Assembly (NCBI GenBank): GCA_020439525.1
Contig: JAGQSL010000172.1
Location: 1 to 39,506, forward strand
Direction of reading: 5' to 3'
Length of the DNA stretch: 39,506 bases
Source of the DNA: Acidimicrobiales bacterium
Lineage (GTDB): Bacteria > Actinomycetota > Acidimicrobiia > Acidimicrobiales > Iamiaceae
Shown piece by piece: positions 19,689 through 27,988 of this stretch. Positions within the stretch are counted from its first letter, which is position 1. Every line of letters starts with the position of its first letter. Position numbers and translations under genes: made by a program. The notes under the pieces were generated by a model that made no database searches, had not been told where the DNA came from, and was given only the letters and a program-made list of their open reading frames with translations.

Positions 19689-20764
19689 CGCTCGAACGTG
19701 CGGCGCAGGCTGCGCAGCACGCGCGCCGACGCGCCGCCGTCGCCGTAGAGCGGCGGCGGATCTCCTGCGGGGCGCTCGGCGAGCGCGGCGGCCTCGATCG
19801 CCTGGGCGTCCGCCCCCACGAGCTGGTTCCAGCCGCTCTCGACGGTCTCGATCCACTCGGTCTCGTCGCGGAGGGTCACGCACGGCACGCCCAGCCACAG
19901 GGCTTCCTTCTGGACGCCGCCGGAGTCGGTGAGGATCACGCGCGCCTCGGCCTCGAGCGCCACCATCCGGGCGAACGACTGCGGACCCACCACGAGCACG
20001 CCTCGCCGAGACAGCTCGTCGAGGTCGGCGAGGGCTCGAGTCCGAGGGTGGGCGGGGAGCAGGACGGGGAGCCCGGCGGCCGCGACGCGAACCAGGCCGT
20101 CGAGCGCGGCCGCCAGCCGGACGGGATCGTCGGTGTTCTCGGCCCGGTGGAGGGTCGCCAGCGCGTAGGCGCCGGGCTGCACGCCGAGCTCCTCGTGCAC
20201 CCCGGTCGGCAGCGAACGGAGCTGGAGGTCGAGCGCATCGCGCATCACGTCGCCGATCACCTCGACGCCCTCGGTGATGCCCTCGCGTGCGCAGTTCTCG
20301 GCCGCCGCCTCCGAGGGGCAGAACAGCAGGGTGCTCAGCCGATCGGTGACGACCCGGTTGATCTCCTCGGGCATGGCGCGCCGGTGCGATCGGAGCCCGG
20401 CCTCCACGTGGGCGATGGGCACGTCGAGCTTGGCGGCGGCGAGCGCGGCGGCCAGCGTCGAGTTGGTGTCGCCGTAGACGAGCAGGGCATCGGGTGCCCG
20501 ATCGATCAGCACCGGCTCGAGGCGCTTGAGCATCTCGCCGGTCTGCTCGCCGTGCCCACCCGAGCCGACGCCGAGGTCGATCGCGGGTGCGTCGATGCCG
20601 AGCTCTCGGAAGAACACGCCCGACATGGCGTCGTCGTAGTGCTGGCCGGTGTGCACCAGGTCGTGGCGGAACGGGCGATCGTCGTCCTCGGCGCGCACGG
20701 CCGCGGCGAACGCCGACGCCTTGACGAACTGCGGGCGAGCGCCGATGACGGTGACCAGGTGCAT
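19685..20764 (-). CDS. wecB: Non-hydrolysing UDP-HexNAc 2-epimerase (WecB family; WbpI-type signature)
   Basis: GARPQFVK, HTGQHYD, VYGDTNST, AHVEAGLRS, PEEINR, TLHRAEN, TDSGGVQKEA, RDETEW. Confidence 0.93.
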   Translation of the reverse strand: MHLVTVIGARPQFVKASAFAAAVRAEDDDRPFRHDLVHTGQHYDDAMSGVFFRELGIDAPAIDLGVGSGGHGEQTGEMLKRLEPVLIDRAPDALLVYGDTNSTLAAALAAAKLDVPIAHVEAGLRSHRRAMPEEINRVVTDRLSTLLFCPSEAAAENCAREGITEGVEVIGDVMRDALDLQLRSLPTGVHEELGVQPGAYALATLHRAENTDDPVRLAAALDGLVRVAAAGLPVLLPAHPRTRALADLDELSRRGVLVVGPQSFARMVALEAEARVILTDSGGVQKEALWLGVPCVTLRDETEWIETVESGWNQLVGADAQAIEAAALAERPAGDPPPLYGDGGASARVLRSLRRTFER

Positions 20765-20770
20765 CGCATC

Positions 20771-20781
20771 TACCGTAGGTT
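20771..20781. promoter_or_regulatory. Putative bidirectional promoter; leaderless start for the epimerase
   Basis: TACGGT on - (20777-20772), 7 nt before ATG 20764. TACCGT and TAGGTT on +. Strong SD GGAGGAGGAGG before ATG 20819. Confidence 0.55.
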
Positions 20782-20818
20782 CTGCAGCTCGCGCCGCGAT
20801 CGATCGGAGGAGGAGGCG

Positions 20819-22057
20819 ATGGGGGGGACCGAAGGCGCGGCGGCGCACGAGCCGAGCGCCGTCGCCCGGCGGGTGCGCCTCGCATCGATCGTCAACCGGT
20901 ACCCGTCGCCGTCGGAGACCTTCATCGAGCGCAAGGCCCGCGCCCTGACCGAGGCCGGGTTCGACGTCACGATCGCCGCCCACCAGGTGGGTCCGGCGCC
21001 AGGCGGCGCCGACGATCCCGTCGCCTCCCTGCAGCTGCCGATCGTGCGCCGACCGAGCACCTGGTGGGGGACGGCCCGCCTGCTCGCCGGCGATGCGCCG
21101 GCGCGCCGCCGCGTCCGCGCCGTCGGCGCCGAGCTGCGCCACGACCACGGCCTGGTGCCGATCGTGGCGGGCGCGTTCGACATCGTCCACTTCGAGTTCT
21201 CGGGCATCGCCGCCTCGATGGTCGACTCCCTCGAGCACCTCCGCCCGGCTCGGCTGTCGGTCAGCTGCCGGGGCACGGCCGAGCGGATCACGCCCCACCG
21301 CGACCCGGAGCGGGCCGATCGCCTGGCGAGGGTGTTCGACACCGTCGACCTGGTGCACTGCGTCTCGCTCGAGATGGCCGAGGTGGTCGCGGCGTACGGC
21401 GCGCCCGAGGAGAAGGTGCTCGTGAACCGCCCGGCCGTCGACACCGGCCGCTGGGCCGGCGTGGGGCGCGTCGACGACGGCGAGCGGGGGACGGCCGACC
21501 GGCCGCTGCGGGTGCTGTCGGTCGCTCGGCTGCACTGGACGAAGGGGTTCGACGATGCCGTCCGGGCCGTGGCCGCGGCCCGGCGGGCGGGGTTCCACAT
21601 CCGCTACCGCATCGCCGGCGACGGACCCGAGCGGGACAAGCTGCTGTACCTCCGCCACAGCCTGGGCCTCGAGGCCGAGATCGAGCTGCTCGGTTGGCAG
21701 GACCAGGCCGACGTCGAAGCCCACCTGGGCTGGGCCGACGCGTTCGTGCTCTCGAGCTTGAGCGAGGGCATCTCCAACTCGGCGCTCGAGGCCATGGCCG
21801 CGGGCGTGCCCGTCGTCTCCACCCGCTGCGGCGGGATGGCGGAGGTCCTCTCCGCACCCGACGCGGGCCTGCTCGTCGACGTCGGCGACGTGGGTCAGCT
21901 CGCCGAGGCCCTCCACTCGCTCGGTGATCCGGCGCGTCGGAGCGCGCTCGCCGCGGGCGCCACGGCGGTCGCCCGCGCCGACTTCGACCTCGCTCGCCAG
22001 GCCCAGGTGTTCGCCACCGCCTACCGCGAGCTGCTGGCGACGGAGGGGCCGTCGTGA
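20819..22057 (+). CDS. Glycosyltransferase family 4 (WcaL-like)
   Basis: YPSPSETFI, LSVARLHWTKG, IAGDGPER, EGISNSALE (E-x7-E). Strong SD. Confidence 0.9.
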   Translation: MGGTEGAAAHEPSAVARRVRLASIVNRYPSPSETFIERKARALTEAGFDVTIAAHQVGPAPGGADDPVASLQLPIVRRPSTWWGTARLLAGDAPARRRVRAVGAELRHDHGLVPIVAGAFDIVHFEFSGIAASMVDSLEHLRPARLSVSCRGTAERITPHRDPERADRLARVFDTVDLVHCVSLEMAEVVAAYGAPEEKVLVNRPAVDTGRWAGVGRVDDGERGTADRPLRVLSVARLHWTKGFDDAVRAVAAARRAGFHIRYRIAGDGPERDKLLYLRHSLGLEAEIELLGWQDQADVEAHLGWADAFVLSSLSEGISNSALEAMAAGVPVVSTRCGGMAEVLSAPDAGLLVDVGDVGQLAEALHSLGDPARRSALAAGATAVARADFDLARQAQVFATAYRELLATEGPS

Positions 22058-23697
22058 GCACGGGCGGTGCGGTGGGGCCGATCCGGATCTTCGACGTCGC
22101 TCGCGACGGGGAGGCGGTCCGGCTCGAGCCGCGGGGCACGGTTGCACCCACGGCCGCCGGCCTGGCCAGCATCGAGGCCACGCCCGGGTTCGACGCGGTG
22201 CTGCTCCTCGAGGAGGGCCTGGCCGTCCCGGCGCCGGCGGTGCTGGCCGGGCTGCTCGCCGGTCCGTGCCACGGCTGGCACGCCGGGCTGCTCTTGGGCC
22301 AGGCGGGCGAGCCGGTCGCGTGGAACACGATCTGCCACGGACGCTCGATGCTGAGCTGCGACGTCGATCCGGCGATGGCCTCGACCTCGTGGAAGGTGTC
22401 GGCGCGCGCCCTGCTCGTGCGCGCCGAGGTGCTCGAGCGCCTCGGCGGGTTCGACGGTGGCTTCGACACGGCGGCGGGCGCCGCGCTCGACGCCGGTCTC
22501 CGCTGGATCCAGCACGGCGCCCTGCTCCGCCACGAGCCGGACCTGCTGGTCGAGCCGCCGACCTCGCCCGGCGACCGGGCGACGGCCGCGGACGGCATCC
22601 GCATCGTGCAGCGCCGCCTGGGCTCGCGCTGGGCGCGGTGGGCGGTGCTGCGCGGCTTGCGAGGGCGCACGCTGCGCGTCGGCGAGCTGCGGTCGGCGCT
22701 CCGGGCCGCCCGGTCCGGCGAGCCGGTCGTCCTCGCGACCGCCCGCGGCCTGGGCGACCCAGCGGCGTCGGCACCGGCGCCCGACGCCGACGAGGTGCGG
22801 GTGAGCGTGCTGGTCCCCACGGTCGGCCGGTACCCCTTCGTCGAACCGCTCCTGGCGCAGCTGGCGGGCCAGACCCGGCCGCCCGACGAGGTCATCGTGG
22901 TCGACCAGAACCCCGAGGATGCTCGTCACGACCTCCACGCCGTGGCCGGCGACCTCCCGTTGCGGGTGCTCCACCTCCTCCCGCCGGGCCAGTGCCGTGC
23001 CCGGAACCTCGGCCTGCGCGCCTCGACGGGGACCCACGTGCTGTTCCTGGACGACGACGACGAGATCCCCGCCGACCTGATCGAGCGCCACCTCGAGGTG
23101 CTGGCCACCCCCGAGGTCGCCGTGAGCTGCGGACTCGTCGACGATGCCGAGTCGGGCCCGGCCCCGGCTTCGCTGCGGTTCCGCCAGGTCGGCACCACGT
23201 TCCCCACCAACAACGCCATGATCCGGCGCCGGGTGCTCGAGCAGGCCGGCCTCTTCGACCCCACCTACGACCGGGGGTCGCGCGCCGACCACGACCTCGG
23301 CATGCGCTCCTACCTGGCCGGGAACCTGCACGTCTACGACCCTCGTCCCCAGGTCTTCCACCACCACGCGCCGATGGGCGGCCTGCGCACCCACGGCGCC
23401 CGCATCCGAACCCGGAACAACTCGCGCTCCACCGTCGTCGAGCGCCACCTGCGCACGCCCACCGACATCTACCTCGGGTTGCGCTACCACACGGTCGAGC
23501 AGGTGCGCGAGGACCTCGCGCTCTCGGCGTTCGCCACCCTCACCGGCAGCGGCTCGCCGATGCACCGCATCGCCCGCCTGGTCGTGCAGGTCGCCCTGCT
23601 CCCGAGCACCCTGGTGCGGAACCGGGCGGCGTACCGGACGGGGCGCGAGCTGCTGGCGGCGCGTCCCCCGATCCCGACGCTCGACGGCCCGACGTGA
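22054..23697 (+). CDS. Glycosyltransferase family 2 with an extra N-terminal degenerate GT-A-like region
   Basis: C-terminal half has VSVLVPTVGR, VIVVDQ, ARNLGL, LFLDDD, GLFD and DHDLGMR. GTGA overlap. Confidence 0.85.
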   Translation: MSTGGAVGPIRIFDVARDGEAVRLEPRGTVAPTAAGLASIEATPGFDAVLLLEEGLAVPAPAVLAGLLAGPCHGWHAGLLLGQAGEPVAWNTICHGRSMLSCDVDPAMASTSWKVSARALLVRAEVLERLGGFDGGFDTAAGAALDAGLRWIQHGALLRHEPDLLVEPPTSPGDRATAADGIRIVQRRLGSRWARWAVLRGLRGRTLRVGELRSALRAARSGEPVVLATARGLGDPAASAPAPDADEVRVSVLVPTVGRYPFVEPLLAQLAGQTRPPDEVIVVDQNPEDARHDLHAVAGDLPLRVLHLLPPGQCRARNLGLRASTGTHVLFLDDDDEIPADLIERHLEVLATPEVAVSCGLVDDAESGPAPASLRFRQVGTTFPTNNAMIRRRVLEQAGLFDPTYDRGSRADHDLGMRSYLAGNLHVYDPRPQVFHHHAPMGGLRTHGARIRTRNNSRSTVVERHLRTPTDIYLGLRYHTVEQVREDLALSAFATLTGSGSPMHRIARLVVQVALLPSTLVRNRAAYRTGRELLAARPPIPTLDGPT

Positions 23698-24905
23698 CGA
23701 CCCGCGGCGGCCGGACGCTGCTGCTCGCCGGCAACACCCTCCACGTGCGAGGTCCCGACGGGCGCTACTGCACCCACCGGGCCCTCGCCCGGCAGCTCGA
23801 CGAGTGGTTCGCCCGCTTCGACCACGTGGTGATCGCCGCCGTCCTCGACCCCGCCAGCGAAGTGCCCACGGGCTTCGCGCCCTACGCGCGCGACGACGTG
23901 GCGTTCGTCCCCCTCGCCAAGGCGGGCGGGGTCGGCCTACGGGCCAAGGTCGGCGCCCTCGTCGCCGCCGCCTCCTGGATCCGCCACCTCGTCCCCCTCC
24001 TGCGCCGCGCCGACGTGGTCCACCTGCGGGCCCCCTGCAACATCACCATCCCGGCGATCCCGCTGGCCCGCCTGCTCACGAAGGAGCGCTACGCGATCTA
24101 CGCCGGCGCGTGGGACCCGCCCCCCGGCGGCTCGCGGAGCTACGCGCTGCAGCGGTGGATGCTCCGCCGCTTCGGTGGCGTGGTGCACGTCTACGCACCG
24201 GCGTCCGATGGCCTCGCGCCCAACCTCCGACCGAACTTCAGCCCCAGCTTCGACGACGTCCAGCTCGACCGCCTCGCCGGGGCGACCGAGCACCGCCTCG
24301 AACGGCTCCGGACCTCCCCGCCTGGGGTCGATCGCCCGTTGCGGGTCAGCTGCGTCGGGCGCTTCAGCGCCAACAAGAACCAGGCGAGCCTGGTGGAGGC
24401 GGTGGCGCAGCTCGCCGCGGAGGGCATCGCGGTCGAGGCGCGCTTCGCCGGTTCGGGCGGCACCGAGGAGGCGGTCCGGGCCCTCGCCGACCAGCTCGGG
24501 GTGAGCGACCGGGTCCGCTTCCTGGGGCGGCTCGACGAGGACGAGCTCCTGGAGCTCTGGACGTGGGCCGACGTGAACGCCACGCTCACCCGCGTCGAGG
24601 GCTACGGCCGCGTCACCCTCGAGGCGATGGGCGTCGGATGCCCGAGCGTGTGCGGGCCCGGGGCGATGCAGGGCGAGCTCGTGGGCGCCGGCCGTCGAGG
24701 GCGCCAGCTCGTCGATCCCTCGGCCGGCTCGGTGGCGGCAACGCTGGCCGACCTGCGCTCCCTGCCGATCGAGCGGTGGGAGCAGCTCGCCGAAGCCTGT
24801 CGGGACTACGCCCGGGCTCACACCATCGAGGCCTTCGGGCGGGAGGTCGACGCCCTGCTCGGCGTGCTCGCCCGGCGCTCGCCCGGGGGCTCACCCGGCG
24901 GTTGA
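23694..24905 (+). CDS. Glycosyltransferase family 4
   Basis: GTGA overlap. CVGRFSANKNQ, FLGRL, EGYGRVTLE. Paralog of 9936..11201. Confidence 0.87.
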   Translation: MTTRGGRTLLLAGNTLHVRGPDGRYCTHRALARQLDEWFARFDHVVIAAVLDPASEVPTGFAPYARDDVAFVPLAKAGGVGLRAKVGALVAAASWIRHLVPLLRRADVVHLRAPCNITIPAIPLARLLTKERYAIYAGAWDPPPGGSRSYALQRWMLRRFGGVVHVYAPASDGLAPNLRPNFSPSFDDVQLDRLAGATEHRLERLRTSPPGVDRPLRVSCVGRFSANKNQASLVEAVAQLAAEGIAVEARFAGSGGTEEAVRALADQLGVSDRVRFLGRLDEDELLELWTWADVNATLTRVEGYGRVTLEAMGVGCPSVCGPGAMQGELVGAGRRGRQLVDPSAGSVAATLADLRSLPIERWEQLAEACRDYARAHTIEAFGREVDALLGVLARRSPGGSPGG

Positions 24906-25337
24906 GGCCCCGCCAGCGTCGGAGGAGCCGGTGGCGCAGGCGCGCTCGACCGCGCGCCCGGCTCGCCAGATCGCCGTGGCGCCGATCGCGCCCATCGTCA
25001 GCACCACCTTCCAGAACTCGCCGGACAGCGCCAGGCCGGCCCGCTCGTCGCCGACGACCAGCTCGCGCTCGCCGGCGGCCTTGGTCGCCCGCCGTCCGCC
25101 GAGGTGCTCCCAGTCCTCGAACTGATCGGTGATCCGCCGGTCGATGACCAGGTGGCGCCCATCGTCGAGGTCGAGGATCCGCCAGTGGTACCCCGACTCG
25201 GACTGGTAGCGCACGGCGACCACCTGGTCGTCGATCGCGATCGGGATGAGCGACCACTGCGCCGCACCCCACGCGGCCAGGGCGAACGTGAGCGCGGCGG
25301 CGACCACCAGCGGCCACGGCGCTCCCCGGAGCCTCAC
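24891..25337 (-). CDS. Hypothetical membrane protein (TM - small extracytoplasmic domain - TM)
   Basis: GTGA overlap with the upstream gene. Hydrophobic segments at both ends flank a beta-rich stretch. Confidence 0.6.
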   Translation of the reverse strand: MRLRGAPWPLVVAAALTFALAAWGAAQWSLIPIAIDDQVVAVRYQSESGYHWRILDLDDGRHLVIDRRITDQFEDWEHLGGRRATKAAGERELVVGDERAGLALSGEFWKVVLTMGAIGATAIWRAGRAVERACATGSSDAGGASTAG

Positions 25338-25792
25338 GTCGGGCCCACCGACGTGCCGTAGCGGTACCAGAGCGAGGCGACGACGAGTGCGGCGCCCCAT
25401 GCGGCGGCCACCGCCCGGGGCCGCCCGCGGCACCGACCGAGCTGGTCGGCCGCTTGGAACGTGAGCACCGCCCCGGCCAGCGTGAAGGCGGCGTCGACCA
25501 GGTCGAACGGATGGAAGATCTGCACCTCGGTCGCCCACGACAGCGCGACCAGGGCGACGAAGCCGATCGACGCGGTCAGGCGGTGGAGCGCCCGGGGGGC
25601 GGCCGCGGCACCGAGGATCATCGCCCCGGCACCGCCCAGCAGGTGCGCCGGCCAATCGTGGCGGTAGGGGAACACGAGCTGCACCGCCAGGGCCGCCCCG
25701 ATCGCCACCCCGAGCTCCACCCGGAGCGACCCGACGGTCGCCGGCCCGGGCTGGTCCGGGCCGGCCGCCGAGGTTCGCCGAGGCGAGGTCAC
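25334..25792 (-). CDS. Small four-TM membrane protein, possibly VanZ-like
   Basis: Four hydrophobic segments with embedded D/H, E and DxxD residues (HDWPAH, ATE, FDLVD). TACGCT lies 6 nt before the GTG (leaderless). Confidence 0.6.
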   Translation of the reverse strand: MTSPRRTSAAGPDQPGPATVGSLRVELGVAIGAALAVQLVFPYRHDWPAHLLGGAGAMILGAAAAPRALHRLTASIGFVALVALSWATEVQIFHPFDLVDAAFTLAGAVLTFQAADQLGRCRGRPRAVAAAWGAALVVASLWYRYGTSVGPT

Positions 25793-25798
25793 GGGTCG

Positions 25799-25804
25799 AG
25801 CGTA
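25799..25804 (-). promoter_or_regulatory. Putative -10 element (TACGCT) for a leaderless two-gene transcript
   Basis: TAnnnT hexamer 6 nt upstream of GTG 25792; no SD present. Confidence 0.45.
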
Positions 25805-25844
25805 CCGAGGGCCGACCGACGGGCCCGTTCGGCGTCGGGAACGG

Positions 25845-27719
25845 TCAGTCGAGCTCGATGGGGGTCTCGGGGCCGTCCCAGGGGGGTTGGTCGGCCTTCG
25901 ACAGGAGGCAGTCCTCGAGCAGCAGGTGATCGATGTCGGTGGTCATGAAGCAGCGGTACGCGTCGGCGGGCGTGTTGACGATGGGCTCGCCGCGCACGTT
26001 GAACGAGGTGTTCACCAGCACCGGGCACCCCGTCTGGCGGTGGAAGGCGGACAGGATGCGATGGAACGCCGGCGCGCGCTCGGCATCGACCGTCTGGATG
26101 CGCGCCGAGTGGTCGACGTGGGTGACCGCGGGGATCTCCGAGCGGACCTCGGTCACCACGTCGGTGATGGTCGCCCCGGCGCCTTCGGTGCCTCCGGCGC
26201 GTCCGGTGCTCGAGCCCGAGGTCGTCACCGGCTCCACCCAGCGGCTCCGGGCCACCGGAGCCACCAGGGTCATGTACGGCGACTCCTGGTCGAGGTCGAA
26301 CCAGGCGGCGGCCTCCTCGGCCAGCACCGCGGGCGCGAAGGGCCGGAAGCTCTCCCGGTTCTTGATGCGCAGGTTGAGCGAGCGCTGCACGTCGGGCTGC
26401 CGTGGGTCGGCCAGGATCGAGCGGTGGCCGAGGGCTCGGGGCCCGAACTCCATGGCGCCCTGCAGCACCGCGACCACCTTCCCGTCGGCGAGGAGCTCGG
26501 CGACCCGCTCGGCGCGGTCCTCGTCGTCGGTGAGGCGCTCGAACGGCCGGCCCGCCTCGGTGAGCTCGGCCGCGATGGCCTCCCCCGAGAAGCGGGGGCC
26601 GAGGTAGGTGCCGTGCATGGCGTCGGTGGAGCGGACCTCCCGCCCGTGGCCGAGCACGTCGTGGTAGGCCCACAGCGCGCAGCCCAGCGCACTGCCGGCG
26701 TCGCCGGCGGCGGGCTGCACCCAGATCCGGTCGAAGGGGCCCTCCCGGAGGAGCCGACCGTTCGCCACGCAGTTGAGCGCCACGCCGCCGGCGAGCACCA
26801 CGTCGGACTCGCCGGTGAGCTCCCGTGCGGTCCGCGCCGTGCCGAGCACGGCGCGCTCCACCACCTCCTGGATCGAGCGGGCGAGGTCGGCTTCGCGCGA
26901 GGTGATCGGTCCCTCGGGCGCTCGGGCCGGTCCGTCGAAGAGCCGGTCGAACCGCTTGTTGGTCATGCGCCGGCCGGCGAGGTAGTCGAAGTAGCGCAGG
27001 TCCATCCGCAGCGAGCCGTCGTCGCCCAGCTCGACCAGCTCGCCCAGGATGCGGTCCACGTAGCGGGGCTCGCCGTAGGGCGCGAGCCCCATCAGCTTGT
27101 ACTCGCCCGAGTTGACGCGGAACCCGCAGTGGGCGGTGAACGCCGAGTACAGCAGCCCGAGCGAGTCGGGGAACCGCTGCTCGCGCAGGAGCTCGACGGT
27201 CCGGCCCCGCCCGACGCCGATCGAGCTGGTGGCCCACTCGCCGACCCCGTCCATGGTGATGATCGCGGCGCGCTCGAACGGCGACGGGAGGAACGCGGCG
27301 GCGGCGTGGCTCACGTGGTGCTCGGCGTACAGCAGGTCCTTCGGCATCGCCCACCCGAGGCTGCGGATGCCCCGCTCGATCTCGAGCGAGGTCCAGAGCT
27401 TCTTGGTCGACCACTCCGACATCGCCTTCGGGAAGGTTCGGATCCCGCGTGGCCCGGCGGCCACGTAGCTCTTCAGGATGCGGACGAACGTCGTGAGGGG
27501 CTTGTCGTAGTACGCCACGGCGGTCAGCCCGTCGGGGGCGACGCCTCCCTCGCGGAGGCAGAAGCGGATGGCGTCGAGCGGGAAGGCCGGATCGTGCTTC
27601 TTGCGGCTGAAGCGCTCCTGCTGCGCGGCGGCGACGATCTCCCCGTCGACCACGAGCGCGGCGGCGGCATCGTGGTACAGGGCGCTGATGCCCAAGACGG
27701 CGGTGGGGGCGTCGCTCAA
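25845..27719 (-). CDS. O-carbamoyltransferase (NodU/CmcH/TobZ family, SxtI-like)
   Basis: TTGA overlap. LGISALYHDAAAA, ERFSRKKHD, EHHVSHA, DGVGEW, YKLMGLAPYG, AGGVALNCVAN, EFGPRALGHRS, RESFRPFAP, NTSFN. Confidence 0.95.
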   Translation of the reverse strand: MSDAPTAVLGISALYHDAAAALVVDGEIVAAAQQERFSRKKHDPAFPLDAIRFCLREGGVAPDGLTAVAYYDKPLTTFVRILKSYVAAGPRGIRTFPKAMSEWSTKKLWTSLEIERGIRSLGWAMPKDLLYAEHHVSHAAAAFLPSPFERAAIITMDGVGEWATSSIGVGRGRTVELLREQRFPDSLGLLYSAFTAHCGFRVNSGEYKLMGLAPYGEPRYVDRILGELVELGDDGSLRMDLRYFDYLAGRRMTNKRFDRLFDGPARAPEGPITSREADLARSIQEVVERAVLGTARTARELTGESDVVLAGGVALNCVANGRLLREGPFDRIWVQPAAGDAGSALGCALWAYHDVLGHGREVRSTDAMHGTYLGPRFSGEAIAAELTEAGRPFERLTDDEDRAERVAELLADGKVVAVLQGAMEFGPRALGHRSILADPRQPDVQRSLNLRIKNRESFRPFAPAVLAEEAAAWFDLDQESPYMTLVAPVARSRWVEPVTTSGSSTGRAGGTEGAGATITDVVTEVRSEIPAVTHVDHSARIQTVDAERAPAFHRILSAFHRQTGCPVLVNTSFNVRGEPIVNTPADAYRCFMTTDIDHLLLEDCLLSKADQPPWDGPETPIELD

Positions 27720-27988
27720 AAGAGCGTGTACACGGCGACGGGCACCGCCGTGGTCGTGGTGGTGACCGCGAGGGCCAGGAGCATGAGCACCACGATGATG
27801 GGCACGAACCACCACAGGCGCTGGTGGGCGCTGAACCGCATCACATCGCGCCCGAGGCGGCCTGCATGGCGGACCCGCATGCCCGCCCGGGTGCTCCACC
27901 GGAGCCCGGGATCGGTGGAGATCGCGTCGTGCACGTGGGCAGCGTACCGCTCGGTCTGCTCCGTGGTCGGGTGGTCGGTGACCGTCAC
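27716..27988 (-). CDS. DUF5989 / SxtK-like small membrane protein
   Basis: RLWWFVPIIVVLMLL...AVPVAVYTLF-stop matches the recalled W..P....L....P..YTLF pattern. Translationally coupled on both sides. Confidence 0.8.
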   Translation of the reverse strand: MTVTDHPTTEQTERYAAHVHDAISTDPGLRWSTRAGMRVRHAGRLGRDVMRFSAHQRLWWFVPIIVVLMLLALAVTTTTTAVPVAVYTLF

